A stretch of DNA of 63,964 nt, the filler included, from Octopus bimaculoides (taxonomy: Eukaryota), in assembly GCF_001194135.2 (NCBI RefSeq). It is 4 parts of 4 records of this genome, joined end to end, with 100 filler letters (N's around TTAATTAATTAA, not from the genome) between each part and the next. Parts side by side here need not be neighbours in the genome. Positions count along the whole stretch, not along the records: positions 27,308 to 47,472 come from NC_068991.1; positions 47,573 to 61,632 come from NC_068985.1; 2 more parts are not named here. One strand, 5' to 3'. Positions 35,959 to 49,102 of this stretch are shown here, piece after piece. A model generated the notes under the pieces. That model was not told the origin of the DNA. It saw only the letters and a list, made by a program, of their open reading frames with translations, and did not search any database. The translations under genes and the position numbers were made by a program. Every line of letters starts with the position of its first letter. Within the stretch, counting starts at the first letter, position 1.

Positions 35959-36034
<76 letters not shown>

Positions 36035-36416
36035 NNNNNNNNNNNNNNNNNNNNNNNNNNNNNNNNNNNNNNNNNNNNNNNNNNNNNNNNNNNNNNNNNN
36101 NNNNNNNNNNNNNNNNNNNNNNNNNNNNNNNNNNNNNNNNNNNNNNNNNNNNNNNNNNNNNNNNNNNNNNNNNNNNNNNNNNNNNNNNNNNNNNNNNNNN
36201 NNNNNNNNNNNNNNNNNNNNNNNNNNNNNNNNNNNNNNNNNNNNNNNNNNNNNNNNNNNNNNNNNNNNNNNNNNNNNNNNNNNNNNNNNNNNNNNNNNNN
36301 NNNNNNNNNNNNNNNNNNNNNNNNNNNNNNNNNNNNNNNNNNNNNNNNNNNNNNNNNNNNNNNNNNNNNNNNNNNNNNNNNNNNNNNNNNNNNNNNNNNN
36401 NNNNNNNACACACACA

Positions 36417-36498
<82 letters not shown>

Positions 36499-36672
36499 TC
36501 ATACATATATGTATGTATACGACAAGCTTCTTTCAGTTTTTGTCTACCAAATACACTCACAAGGCTTTCGTCGAAGGTATAGTGGAAGAGACTTGCCTAA
36601 GGTGTAACACAATGGGATTGAACCCAGAACCATATGGTTGGGAGTCGATCTTCTTAACACACAGCCACTACT
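35695..36672 (-). mobile_element. SINE family A, full length, N-gap in the central microsatellite
   Basis: Tail tttcagtcatttgaatgcggcc; head aacccagaaccatatggttgg...cacacagccac. Confidence 0.88.
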
Positions 36673-36941
36673 GCGCGTTTATGTTATTTATGTGGTGTCT
36701 CTTTATGATACACAATGTGATTGTTCGACAAACCAAAAACGATAAAATAAGCCGAGAATACGTCGTTTCAGTCAATATCATCGACTAAGTCACTTCAAAG
36801 CGGTCCATTGATTGAATCCTCTAAACGAATAAAAGTGCATAGACGTGTGTACGAGTATGTATATACATTAATATTATCGTATGACTCACATCCAACTTCA
36901 ATTTACTTCTTTCCAGCAGGTATGTATACAACATACATACA

Positions 36942-36977
<36 letters not shown>

Positions 36978-37006
36978 CATATATATCATACGTATATATA
37001 CATAGT

Positions 37007-38003
37007 CTTTTATTCTTTTATTTGTTTCAGTCATTTGACTGAGTTCATGCTGGAGCACCGCCTTTAGTCGAACAAATCGATCTCACGACTTATTCTTTGT
37101 AAGCCTTGTACTTATTCTATCGGTGTATTTTGCCGAACCGCTATGTTACAGGTACGTAATCACACTAACATCAGTTGTCAAGCGACGGTAGTTGGACAAA
37201 CACAAATACACAAATATATATATATATATATATATATATNNNNNNNNNNNNNNNNNNNNNNNNNNNNNNNNNNNNNNNNNNNNNNNNNNNNNNNNNNNNN
37301 NNNNNNNNNNNNNNNNNNNNNNNNNNNNNNNNNNNNNNNNNNNNNNNNNNNNNNNNNNNNNNNNNNNNNNNNNNNNNNNNNNNNNNNNNNNNNNNNNNNN
37401 NNNNNNNNNNNNNNNNNNNNNNNNNNNNNNNNNNNNNNNNNNNNNNNNNNNNNNNNNNNNNNNNNNNNNNNNNNNNNNNNNNNNNNNNNNNNNNNNNNNN
37501 NNNNNNNNNNNNNNNNNNNNNNNNNNNNNNNNNNNNNNNNNNNNNNNNNNNNNNNNNNNNNNNNNNNNNNNNNNNNNNNNNNNNNNNNNNNNNNNNNNNN
37601 NNNNNNNNNNNNNNNNNNNNNNNNNNNNNNNNNNNNNNNNNNNNNNNNNNNNNNNNNNNNNNNNNNNNNNTCGTTCTTTTAGAAAAACATAAATCCAAAG
37701 AAGAAGCACACTCTAAGAAGTAGAACAGTCTATATTAATTACTGGTGAAGGCCGGTTTATTGGGTTACTCTGGGTTTCTCCCCATAAAGGGTATCTTTAT
37801 GGTTGCCTTTAGACGCCATGATCTGTCGGCCCGCTACCTCTTTAATATTCGATGGGCTTCTCTCAGTTTCCGTCTACCAAATCCACTCACAAGGCTTTGG
37901 TCGGCACGAGGCTATAGTAGAAGACACTTGCCCAAGGTACCACGCAATGGGACTGAACCCGGAACCATGTGGTTGGGAAGCAAGCTTCTTACCACACAGC
38001 TAC
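37007..38003 (-). mobile_element. SINE family A halves with an N-gap and unrelated sequence (37671-37850) in the central region
   Basis: Tail 37007-37215; head 37851-38003. Confidence 0.8.
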
Positions 38004-38354
38004 ACCTGTATGTACCTATATACAACACACATATATACATACATATACATATGCATACATATACATACATACACTCACACACATATACACACATATTTAT
38101 ATAAAGCTGTTGTATGACTCACAACTTACATTCTCTATTCTCATTAATTGATTCCATTTTATTATTCATCGCCTGCAGTACGATTGACTATTTATCGATC
38201 TACCTGTTAAACACCAATATATAGATGTAATATAATCAATAATACCTTTATGGATAGCGATAGTAAGGTATCTCCGTCAATTTCTCTTGGGCGACACGTT
38301 TCTCTACTGAACATGTAGCTGTCTTTTTGCCTGTCTAGTCATCTTACTTCCACA

Positions 38355-38414
<60 letters not shown>

Positions 38415-39201
38415 NNNNNNNNNNNNNNNNNNNNNNNNNNNNNNNNNNNNNNNNNNNNNNNNNNNNNNNNNNNNNNNNNNNNNNNNNNNNNNNNNNNNNN
38501 NNNNNNNNNNNNNNNNNNNNNNNNNNNNNNNNNNNNNNNNNNNNNNNNNNNNNNNNNNNNNNNNNNNNNNNNNNNNNNNNNNNNNNNNNNNNNNNNNNNN
38601 NNNNNNNNNNNNNNNNNNNNNNNNNNNNNNNNNNNNNNNNNNNNNNNNNNNNNNNNNNNNNNNNNNNNNNNNNNNNNNNNNNNNNNNNNNNNNNNNNNNN
38701 NNNNNNNNNNNNNNNNNNNNNNNNNNNNNNNNNNNNNNNNNNNNNNNNNNNNNNNNNNNNNNNNNNNNNNNNNNNNNNNNNNNNNNNNNNNNNNNNNNNN
38801 NNNNNNNNNNNNNNNNNNNNNNNNNNNNNNNNNNNNNNNNNNNNNNNNNNNNNNNNNNNNNNNNNNNNNNNNNNNNNNNNNNNNNNNNNNNNNNNNNNNN
38901 NNNNNNNNNNNNNNNNNNNNNNNNNNNNNNNNNNNNNNNNNNNNNNNNNNNNNNNNNNNNNNNNNNNNNNNNNNNNNNNNNNNNNNNNNNNNNNNNNNNN
39001 NNNNNNNNNNNNNNNNNNNNNNNNNNNNNNNNNNNNNNNNNNNNNNNNNNNNNNNNNNNNNNNNNNNNNNNNNNNNNNNNNNNNNNNNNNNNNNNNNNNN
39101 ATACACTCCTTATCATTTTCTCTTGTACAATATATTCTGTTTTGTAGACTGATGCATTTAGGAGCTTTTATTTTTTATGAGCACTAATGGATTATTTGAA
39201 T

Positions 39202-39249
<48 letters not shown>

Positions 39250-39610
39250 AGGAGAATTCACGAAAAAATAACAGACGAAGACATGTGGTGTAAACAACAA
39301 ATGGATGTATTAGTATTAATATAATGCTCTGGAATAGAGAAAGTCTTTAACGTTTCGAGCCTACGCTCTTCAACAGAAAGGAACACAGAAAGAAACAAGG
39401 AGAGAAAAAAATATATGTGTAGTGGTCNNNNNNNNNNAGAAAGAAACAAGGAGAGAAAAAAATATATGTGTAGTGGTCAGCGATCTATCATGGCGAATGC
39501 CGGACAGAAGGATCACACAGGAGAGTTAAGAAGAAGGAGAGATAACAAAAAAGTAGTGATCCCAAAACGAAGGTGCGTGGGTGTGAGAGAATGCTAGTGA
39601 TCTTAACGTA
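39250..39610 (-). mobile_element. Penelope-like terminal segment, second copy, with hammerhead-like motif
   Basis: Homologous to 4325-4537; CTGTTGAAGAGCGTAGGCTCGAAACG at 39351-39376 (-). Confidence 0.55.
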
Positions 39611-39627
39611 TGCATGTGTGTATATTG

Positions 39628-39830
39628 CCCACGCATGGCTATGTGGTAAGAAGTTTGTTTCTTAACTACATCGTTCCTGGATCGGTCCCACTACGTGACA
39701 CCTTGGGCATGTGTCTTCTACCGTATCCCCGTGTAGACCGAAGTCTTGTGAGTAGATTTGATAGACGGAAACTGAATGGGGCTTGTCGTGTGTGTGTGTG
39801 TGTATTAGTTCCTGTGTCCCTATTCGCTTA
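39628..39830 (+). mobile_element. SINE family A 5' half
   Basis: gcatggctatgtggtaagaag...cccactacgtgacaccttgggc...gacggaaactgaatgggc. Confidence 0.85.
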
Positions 39831-40508
39831 TTTTTGTATGTTTGTTCTACTATTACCCGATTTGTGCATGCATAAAAAGCACTCGATACTTCAAGTAGCA
39901 GGTTATGTATTATTCAATATAATATTTTATGACTAATTTAAGAAGTTTATTTAATTCTGCTTCGGTTTCCACTTAACCTGTTCGTAAGTAGACACATTCA
40001 GAATCTTTCACCTTTCACCTAGTTTTCTTTCTTCATCTTTCTAACATTTTCCTCACACACATCCACTGTAACACCACGTATTTTACTTAATCCCATAAAT
40101 TCCTATAACCGACGTTATTTGAACAAAGAATTTCTCAAAATACCTATTGATTAACCAGCCTTATCTTAAAGTTCAGTTATTGTTCATAGAGCATTCCCCA
40201 CCCTTTGCTTATCTCACTAACTTGTCACCTACAGCTGCTGCTATTGTTACACCACAATATCTGCCGCTAATGACACCACCTATTTTAACTAACCAGCGGA
40301 CGACAAGCAAATGCAAGCAAGGTCCTCCCTCACAACACACACGAATGTCCTACCAATAATAACTCATTCTTCCTATTATTTTCTGCATCTGCTTAAAGAA
40401 GGTTAAATATTCCCCAAACCTTCTTCTTTGTTTTTATTCATGTACATCATCTTACATATTTTGTTTAACTTCTCACCTACATTGCTGAAAGTGTTTCGCA
40501 AACATTTA

Positions 40509-40650
40509 CCGTATTTTAACGTGTATAAGGAACCCTTAAAATCTGGAAAAAAGGTTTTGTAAGGAATTATAATACTATCCATGTATAAGAAACTCCCATG
40601 TATTTTTAATCTTTGACAAAAAAGGATTCCTTATACACGTTAAAATACGG
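40509..40650. mobile_element. 142-bp Tc1/mariner-superfamily (pogo/Tc2-like) MITE
   Basis: TIR CCGTATTTTAACGTGTATAAGGAA(C/T)CC, one mismatch; TA at 40507-08 and 40651-52. Confidence 0.88.
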
Positions 40651-40729
40651 TAATCCCACTATAAATTTACTACTCTTTATAGATGGTTGAAAATAATTAC
40701 AAGAAATATTATCCAGTTGAAGAGCCTCT

Positions 40730-41170
40730 TAATATTGCTCATAAATTCAGCTAATGATGTATCGGAATAGACCGATGTACTAAAGCTGTCATAAGGAGAG
40801 ACAAATTAACTAAAACTGAGAACACTAATTTGGATACAAACGTCGAAATCAAAAATTTAGACCAGAACCACTCTACAAATACTTTACGAGCAGTTGAAGC
40901 TGATGTGATACAACTCGCAAATGAATGGGAAAATTAAAAAAGAATACTACAGAAGAATCTTGACTGATATTTCAAAAATTAACTCAGTGCTACAAATATG
41001 ATAACAAATATAAATATACTGGCAATCCTAATTATAGATTAAGTGAAGTAAAGCTTAGACGGAAAAATCTAGAAACTACTAACAACCCCTCGCCACTCCA
41101 GCTGATACATATGAAATATACTTATTTTGTGTACAAGGAGAGTGGAGGTTGATTCAACAAAAAAAAAAAA
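40730..41170 (+). mobile_element. Highly decayed R4/Dong-like RT-thumb remnant
   Basis: GIDRCTKAVIRRDKLTKTENTNLDTNVEIKNLDQ resembles the GLDKCAK...KRGKL...IKELDQ segment; frameshifted. Confidence 0.6.
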
Positions 41171-41439
41171 CAACTACAAGAGTAGAAAATATTTGGAATT
41201 AGCAAAATAAACCATAAAGTGCAAAATAAAAATTAACTATACTGAAATAAAAGTGTTAGGCTAAGACAAAAAGAAAAAAAAATCAGAAAAAGATCAGAAG
41301 AAAACAAAATACAAAGCGGAATTCAAAATAACGTAAAGAAAGACTGGAGAGAAAAGTCACTCCATAGTTAATGCCTCAGAAAACGATACAGGTAGGAAGG
41401 AGGCCACAGCGAACGCTAACAATGGTTTAAAAGCTTTGG

Positions 41440-42497
41440 GTTAATAGCAGAAATAAAAAGTTTGAACGCGTCCTTTCCGGCGTGCAAAGACTACAAGGAC
41501 CGGATTAGTGAACTAGTTAAGCGGCAGTTGACGGGGGCAATCGTCAACAACCGGTGGTAGATAGCCCTGAAGCGGGCGATTAGAGCAGAACCGATAGAAC
41601 TCAGCAAAGAGTTAGCAATAGAAAAAAAAACAGATTAGAGGGAGAACTAGTTAGCAAACTAGAAGAAGCGATTAGTAAAGGCATCGCGACTGACATGTTA
41701 GCGGCGAGAATGGCTCTTGACCACTTTTTTGAGTTGAAACATGAAGGTTGCGTTGTCAGAGCTAAGGCCCGTGCGCTAAAGCATGAGGGAACTNNNNNNN
41801 NNNGAAGGGGCGATGGGTCACGAAGGTAGCGGAGTTTAGTTCGTACCTGGATGGCCAGCCGCAGCTCTCGACTTTTAAAGTTATGTCGAACAGCCGCTAT
41901 CACGTGTGGAGCGGATCCGTCTATCGTCCATAGTGATGATTTCCCCACCGCCCTCCTTTAATCGGTCAGACAAGGCAGTTTTCTTTTGCCTGGTGGCTGT
42001 GGCGAAAGAGTCTGTCTGGTGGACGAGGCTGAAAGGAATGAGGACAGAGACATTCCCCTTTGGCAAAGCCTTCATCGACTTTTTCAAGTTTCACTTGATA
42101 AGGAAAGTGAGAGTGGAGAAGGAGGTGCTGTCCTCTAGTAAATTTGTCAAAGGGTGGGTGGAAGTTGTGAAAATGGCAAGAGTGGATGGTACCATTTTCA
42201 GTATACACCTGTAAACCAGAGGAAAGGAGCTTGAAAAAGCGTTTGTCCGTGATATTCAGGGTGAACTTGGATGGTGGGGTTTCTCGACCATCCCTACAGG
42301 TCCTCCTGTATCAGAAGGACTCCCATCACTATCACTTTGTTTTTCTTATTGTTATACACTATGTATACTTCATTTCTTTTAATGTCTACTGTGTATACTT
42401 TTTTTTATCATTCCATTATATGTAAACCCCGACACTTTACGTCTGTCTTTGTATTGTCCACCTCATCCTTCACCCTGGTGGCAAATAAAAGAAATCC
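41440..42497 (+). mobile_element. Tx1/L1-clade LINE remnant: post-endonuclease linker joined across a 10-N gap to the ORF2 C-terminus and 3' UTR
   Basis: KLNAS...GCVVRAKARALKHEG; then VAVAKESVWWTRLKG...FFKFHLIRKVRVE...GWV; ends aataaaagaaatcc before (TTA)n. Confidence 0.7.
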
Positions 42498-42520
42498 TTA
42501 TTATTATTATTATTATTATT

Positions 42521-43073
42521 GAGTGAGAGAGCAGTGCATGTCATCAAAGTGACACTGGTGTAAAATATATGAAGCCCATTATACCCATCATGACTACACG
42601 TCTGATAAGGGTACACCAGGCACATGCATCACAACCATATGTGCGTGAGATGGTGATCTCATATCAAGATAAACAGCGAATGGCCTCGCAAGTGGGGCCC
42701 AGTTAGAATTTTCTTCAGGTCGAGTAGCTCATTCCGGTCAAAAGTTCCCTGAATAAGGTTTGTTTAAGGACGTTGATCAAAACACCCATGTTTCCAACGG
42801 TGAATTATTCAAACCTCAAAGAATTCCTCTCAACACATGGCTATGATGCTCCCCCACTACTTCTGCTCATGATCAGAGATGCACATATCGTCAACCACCA
42901 AGGGACATGTTCAACTGTTTAAGGTCAAACAGCTGACAAGCAAATCTGTGGTATTAAGCAGAATATTTGCTGTAGCCCATCTTTTATAACAAGACAAAAC
43001 AATGTATATGATAACACTTCCAATCAATAATTAAATGAAACCATGAGAGCCACTGCCTGGTACTGCATCCGGG

Positions 43074-43075
<2 letters not shown>
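42521..43075. mobile_element. ~555-bp non-coding interspersed element flanked on both sides by (TTA)n
   Basis: Sharp boundaries with the TTA arrays; diverged partial copy at ~53305-53480. Confidence 0.75.
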
Positions 43076-43106
<31 letters not shown>

Positions 43107-43108
43107 CA

Positions 43109-43175
<67 letters not shown>

Positions 43176-43289
43176 TGTGTTTGTTATTATTATTAATATT
43201 ATTGTTATTGTTCTTGTTGCTGTTGTATTTAACTATATTTTAACTCTTGACCTAATCTGTCTTCTATATTCATTTCTAACTCTTAGCAT

Positions 43290-44104
43290 CATTTGAATAT
43301 GTTGCCCTCAGGCTAATTAATTAATTTCTAAATACGTCTGTGTTTGGTCTAATCCTTTTAGCTTTGTTTTTGTTTTTTTTTTAAATTTTTTTATCTCACA
43401 TGATATTAGGGATTTTGATTAATTTCCCTCTCTTCAATGCTACCTTAACACTTTCTACTAATCCGGATTTCATATCTTTTCCTCTGATAGATCCGCGAAC
43501 TCTCTGTAACTATGCTTATAATAATTTATCATTCGTAGCATAAAACTTGCGGTCGCTCATAAAAATGAGACGGTTGATTGTTTAGCCATAGCATTTGTGT
43601 TTAGTTTGGTTGAACATGTTAAGGTCAAGTAGGAAAGGAATGGAGAAAGACACTTCTTAGGATATTCAAAAATATTTTTTTATTTCTTATAAAATGGCAT
43701 TTTTGTTTTTATAATTCCATTTTTTGTTTGCATTTGCAACATCGCCGTTTCTATGCAACATTACCGTTTATTTGCAATATTTTTTATGTACCTGTTTATT
43801 ATTGATGCTATTTTACTGGATGATATTATTTCCAGCTTCCATAGGTGGAAAATACAAACAAAATACTCCTAGCAATCAATTCTTGAGCCCTTCTTTCTCC
43901 TACAGTCCTTGGTTATGATTTTCTTGAACAATAGGCACAGGAGTGGCTGTGTGGTAAGTAGGTTGCTTACCAACCACATGGTTCCGGGTTCAGTCCCACA
44001 GCGTGGCTTCTTGGGCGAATGTCTTCTACTATAGCCTCGGGCCGACCAAAGCCTTGTGAGTGGATTTGGTAGACAGAAACTGAAAGAAGTCTGTCGTATA
44101 TATG

Positions 44105-44141
<37 letters not shown>

Positions 44142-45200
44142 NNNNNNNNNNNNNNNNNNNNNNNNNNNNNNNNNNNNNNNNNNNNNNNNNNNNNNNNNNN
44201 NNNNNNNCACTTAGCGGTTCGGCAAAAGAGACCGATAGAATAAGTACTAGGCTTACAAAGAATAAGTCCCGGGGTCCATTTGCTCGACTAAAGGCGGTGC
44301 TCCAGAATGGCCGCAGTCAAATGACTGAAACAAGTAAAAGAGTAAAAGAGTAATAACCTGCGTGTCTTTCTGGTTGTGTTATGTTTTTCCTACGGGTTCC
44401 TTTGTATACACTTGGCAAGCAAGTTATGGGTCTTTCGTTATTGAGGTTTCATGTTTCTTAATCTTGGATATTATGAGAACTTTTTTGTCCCTCGTGAGGT
44501 ATTCAAGTGTTGTTTCAGGCTCTTTTACTTAATGCCCAATTATTTTTTGCAAGAACTTTGTGTGTGCCTGTTAAATATACAACCAAAAGTTTAGAAATTT
44601 ATTAGTTCTTGGTGCTTTTCGGTAAAATCTGAGCTGCGACTTGTTACTGCTTCCTACGATTGTTCAGATGTACTCGATGCTTTCAACAGTTTCCTCGTAG
44701 ACATCTCTTTGCTGTCCATACTCCTCTTTAAATTCCTTTACGTCTCTTACCGTTGGCACTACATTGATTTCTATTTTCTTTTTACCTTGTTCTTAGTGAA
44801 AGACGTTTTGGAGTTGTAGTCGAACTGAAGTTTGTACTGTTCAAAGAATCCTTGTCGCTTTTCGATATATAGCAAGGATAATTTTTTTAAGCGTTTTATT
44901 TTTTTAAATTTTATTATTTTATTTTGTTATTTGTTATGCTTTATTTCTGTTATATTTGTCTCTGTTTCTTGTTTTCATTCTTTTTTTTTCATTGCTGACT
45001 TCATTAGAGACTGGAGAAACTTATATTTTATTTTCTGTCCTTTTCTGTAATTTAGTTTGAGTTTAGATGTCCCTACATGATTGTAGTTTTCCAGAAGTAC
45101 CCATTTTTCTTTGTAACTACTGTGACTGCTGCATTGTTAAGTCACCTTTGGTTATGATGTGGATGTCTGAAGCAATTTTCACTAAGCCTACGATGGCCAG
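43290..45200 (-). mobile_element. Old R4/Dong-like RT region in two colinear pieces (~44370-45200 and ~43290-43620), interrupted by a SINE A
   Basis: KKIEINVVPTVRDVKEF, RKAPRTNKFLNFWL, RPITCLPSVYK; then INRLIFMSDRKFYATND (decayed HLLFMDDLKLYA), KRGKL. Confidence 0.65.
43933..44350 (+). mobile_element. SINE family A, full length, little diverged; N-gap in the central microsatellite
   Basis: ggcacaggagtggctgtgtggtaag...ggcggtgctccagaatggccgcagtcaaatgactgaaacaagtaaaagagtaaaagag. Confidence 0.93.
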
Positions 45201-45234
45201 ATTTGCGTTTTGTATTTTTTAATTATTATTATTA

Positions 45235-45344
<110 letters not shown>

Positions 45345-47054
45345 GTATACACAACAAAATCTTCTAAAACTAGAAACCCTTAAGTGTTACCCTAGCTATG
45401 ATTAGACTCCCAATAGAGGAGAATCCCTATATCAGTATACGATATAGTAGAAACAGCAAAACCACCGTAAACCAAGATTTAACAAGATCAACTCTGCTAG
45501 GATGAAGGGCAACTATGAACAACCAGCCCACAAGATATAAAAGACTCAACTGTGCAAGAGCCCTTTGTGTGTATGTATGTATGTATGTTTGAATGTAAGT
45601 ATGTTTGAATGTATGTTTGAATGTATGTATGCATGTATGCATGGATGGATGGATGGATGGATAGATGGATGAGTGTATGTGCGTGTGTGTAGTTTACTGA
45701 TCCAATATAGGTAAAATCAACAAAAAGTACTCCATCTAGTGTAAGATAAATATCAATCTAATACACAATTACGAAGGAATTACTAATAGTTTAATGTGAT
45801 TTACGATACTTTAAATTGGCAGGTTTATAAAGCAAGCCATGTATCTCCGAGCAATCTTCCAGGCTCTGTTCATACGTTAGACGTATTTAAAAACCAGGAC
45901 ACTGAACTGTGAGAAAATGAGGGGAAAAGAACGAGGAGGAAAAACGCGAAGAAGGCTGATACCTCTGCTACATTGATTATAGTTTCTGTAATCTTACTTT
46001 TATTCCTTCTCGTNNNNNNNNNNNNNNNNNNNNNNNNNNNNNNNNNNNNNNNNNNNNNNNNNNNNNNNNNNNNNNNNNNNNNNNNNNNNNNNNNNNNNNN
46101 NNNNNNNNNNNNNNNNNNNNNNNNNNNNNNNNNNNNNNNNNNNNNNNNNNNNNNNNNNNNNNNNNNNNNNNNNNNNNNNNNNNNNNNNNNNNNNNNNNNN
46201 NNNNNNNNNNNNNNNNNNNNNNNNNNNNNNNNNNNNNNNNNNNNNNNNNNNNNNNNNNNNNNNNNNNNNNNNNNNNNNNNNNNNNNNNNNNNNNNNNNNN
46301 NNNNNNNNNNNNNNNNNNNNNNNNNNNNNNNNNNNNNNNNNNNNNNNNNNNNNNNNNNNNNNNNNNNNNNNNNNNNNNNNNNNNNNNNNNNNNNNNNNNN
46401 NNNNNNNNNNNNNNNNNNNNNNNNNNNNNNNNNNNNNNNNNNNNNNNNNNNNNNNNNNNNNNNNNNNNNNNNNNNNNNNNNNNNNNNNNNNNNNNNNNNN
46501 NNNNNNNNNNNNNNNTGCATGCCTCGTTTTCTGATAAGAATTCATAATTATTAACACTTTCCTATCTTTCCGACCAGTTGTGAACCAAATTTTGGCAAAG
46601 AATCAGAACGTTTTTTGAACTTTTTTATTAGGTTTATATGCTTTTATATAACTTGTTTTTTTTTGCATTAATTTATATTTTGATTCATTTCCTCTTCTTC
46701 CTCTCTCTCTCTCTCGCTACATTTATTTATTTCATTTTTTTTTTGTTGCCTTTCGTTATTGTTGCTGTTATTATTGTTGTTGATTTTGTTGTTGTTGTTA
46801 TTGTAAGTGGGGAGCAGCTCGTACAGTTTCATGCAAATATCGATTTCACTAGCTATCTGTATAGATTGGCTTAAGTCTAAAACGTTCACATACACATACA
46901 CAGACACACACACACACACACACACACACCACACAAACACACACACACCAACACATACACGCACAAACACACACACACGTATGCGTATTTATAAATGCGT
47001 ATATACATATATATCAATATGCACATACATACACACGCACAAACGTATACATAC

Positions 47055-47091
<37 letters not shown>

Positions 47092-47101
47092 NNNNNNNNN
47101 N

Positions 47102-47138
<37 letters not shown>

Positions 47139-47346
47139 GTGTATGTATGCGCACGTACGTTGTACCTTTGTGTGTGTCTATAAATATAAAAATATATGCA
47201 TCTGTCTGTACATAGAAATATATTTATGCATGTCTATATCTTTATATATGTGTGTGTGTTCGTGTATATATATGAGTATGTGTATGTGTGTGTCTATACA
47301 CACACATACATATACATATACAAACATATATATGTATTATAGTGTG

Positions 47347-47385
<39 letters not shown>

Positions 47386-47472
47386 CTGAATCGATAAAGA
47401 AACCAATCGCATGGTTATTGTATTGCTCTCGTTTGAGTCATACGCATTTAAGAGGCTTTTATTTTATTTTTT

Positions 47473-47572
47473 NNNNNNNNNNNNNNNNNNNNNNNNNNNN
47501 NNNNNNNNNNNNNNNNTTAATTAATTAANNNNNNNNNNNNNNNNNNNNNNNNNNNNNNNNNNNNNNNNNNNN
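47473..47572. other. Synthetic scaffold spacer 44N-TTAATTAATTAA-44N
   Basis: Identical 100-bp structure. Confidence 0.95.
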
Positions 47573-48499
47573 TATATATATATATATAGAAATAGGTATA
47601 TATATAAATGTGTCCATGTGTAGTATGTATGTGTAGAATTATACTTGTTTATGTCGATGTGTATATCATGTATGAAAGATATGTTACAGAGTGAATGAGA
47701 GATAATGAAGAACTCCTGCTGCCATCGCCACCAGCTGACCAATAACCATGCCCCAACACTGCCAAGTGCCTTACCCCACCATCAGTCTACATAGACAACA
47801 CCTCCTCCACCACCACCACTACTGCGACTACTTCTAACTACCACTGCTACCACTGTCATCATCATTACCATGTCCTCCACCACCACCTCTTACCAAACCT
47901 CCAACCAACCAACCAACCAGCAGGCCAACACAAGCCTGTCATTCCTCCCACTCCTTCTTATACCTACACCATCACCACCAACAACAACAATAACAACAAA
48001 TACCACTACCATCACCATCACCACCACAGTCATCATCCCATGACCTCCTCTGCCTTCTTCACTTCCCTCCTCCCTACCCCTTCGATTTGTGCCCCCCCCT
48101 TCCACCCATCTACCCCCACACACACACACACACATGTTCCTTGGTTACCTTATCTCAATGACCAAGTGATAAAATATCCCACAGCGACCTTCTTGGTCGT
48201 TCCACTCCATCTTATTAGTTAGCTATTGGTTATGCAGCATCTCTCCTAGCCCCCTCCTCTCTCTCTCTCTCTCTATCTCTCTCTTTTCCCATCTCTTACT
48301 CTCTTTCTCTCTCCACACACACACACACAAGTATGTAATAGAGACAGACTGACAGACAGACAGAGAGATGGACAGAATATTTGGGAAGTTGTTGTTAAAA
48401 TATCATATTACATAAATAGTTAGTATCAGGTGCTACTAAGTTGGTTTGATGACTCATTTTGACTTCACCTCTTTAAAGACAAGATGTATGCATATGCCT

Positions 48500-48620
48500 G
48501 AGAGAGAGACAGAGAGAGAGACAGAGAGAGACAGAGAGAGACAGAGAGAGACAGAGAGAGACAGAGAGAGACAGAGAGAGACAGAGAGAGACAGAGAGAG
48601 ACAGAGAGAGACAGAGAGAG
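48500..48620. repeat. 10-bp (ACAGAGAGAG)n minisatellite
   Basis: About 11 perfect units. Confidence 0.95.
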
Positions 48621-49102
48621 AGTGTATCTGTGTGTTGTGTGTGTGTGTGTGTGTATGCGTGCATGTGGGTTCTCCCTCATCTCTGCCTCTAAACTGCAGA
48701 ACTATCAGGTAGTGGCAGTGGTGACAGAGGCAACAGTAGTATTGGTGGTGATGGTGCTCCTGACCCCTGGTAGTGAGTCTCCTGAGTCCTTTTTTTTTTA
48801 CCCTTTATCAGTTTTGTCTTGAGTAAGGGATGTGCCCCTAGCCCTTCAAACACCCTCAAAAACCAATGAGATTGGCTGGCAATAGTCAATTAATGTTGCT
48901 CTTGAAGAGTTGAAAGTTGATGGACTGGAGGGAAAAATACCAACAGTAGGGGAATTTCAAAGGATTGATGCTTCTGGAAGGGAAAGACTGAATAGAATGT
49001 AATGGTTTTGTGTGGGACCTGATGAGGAATGGATATAAAACAGGTGACAGAAAAGGAAAAAAGACAAATGTGTTGAAGAGCCTGAGTGGTGATGATATAA
49101 GA

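Noticed and set aside
39388-39477. ~40-bp tandem duplication around a 10-N gap
   Set aside because: Most likely a contig-overlap artefact.
45870-46640. Hydrophobic, TM-like peptide on the - strand next to a gap
   Set aside because: Too short, split by Ns and without a recognisable motif.
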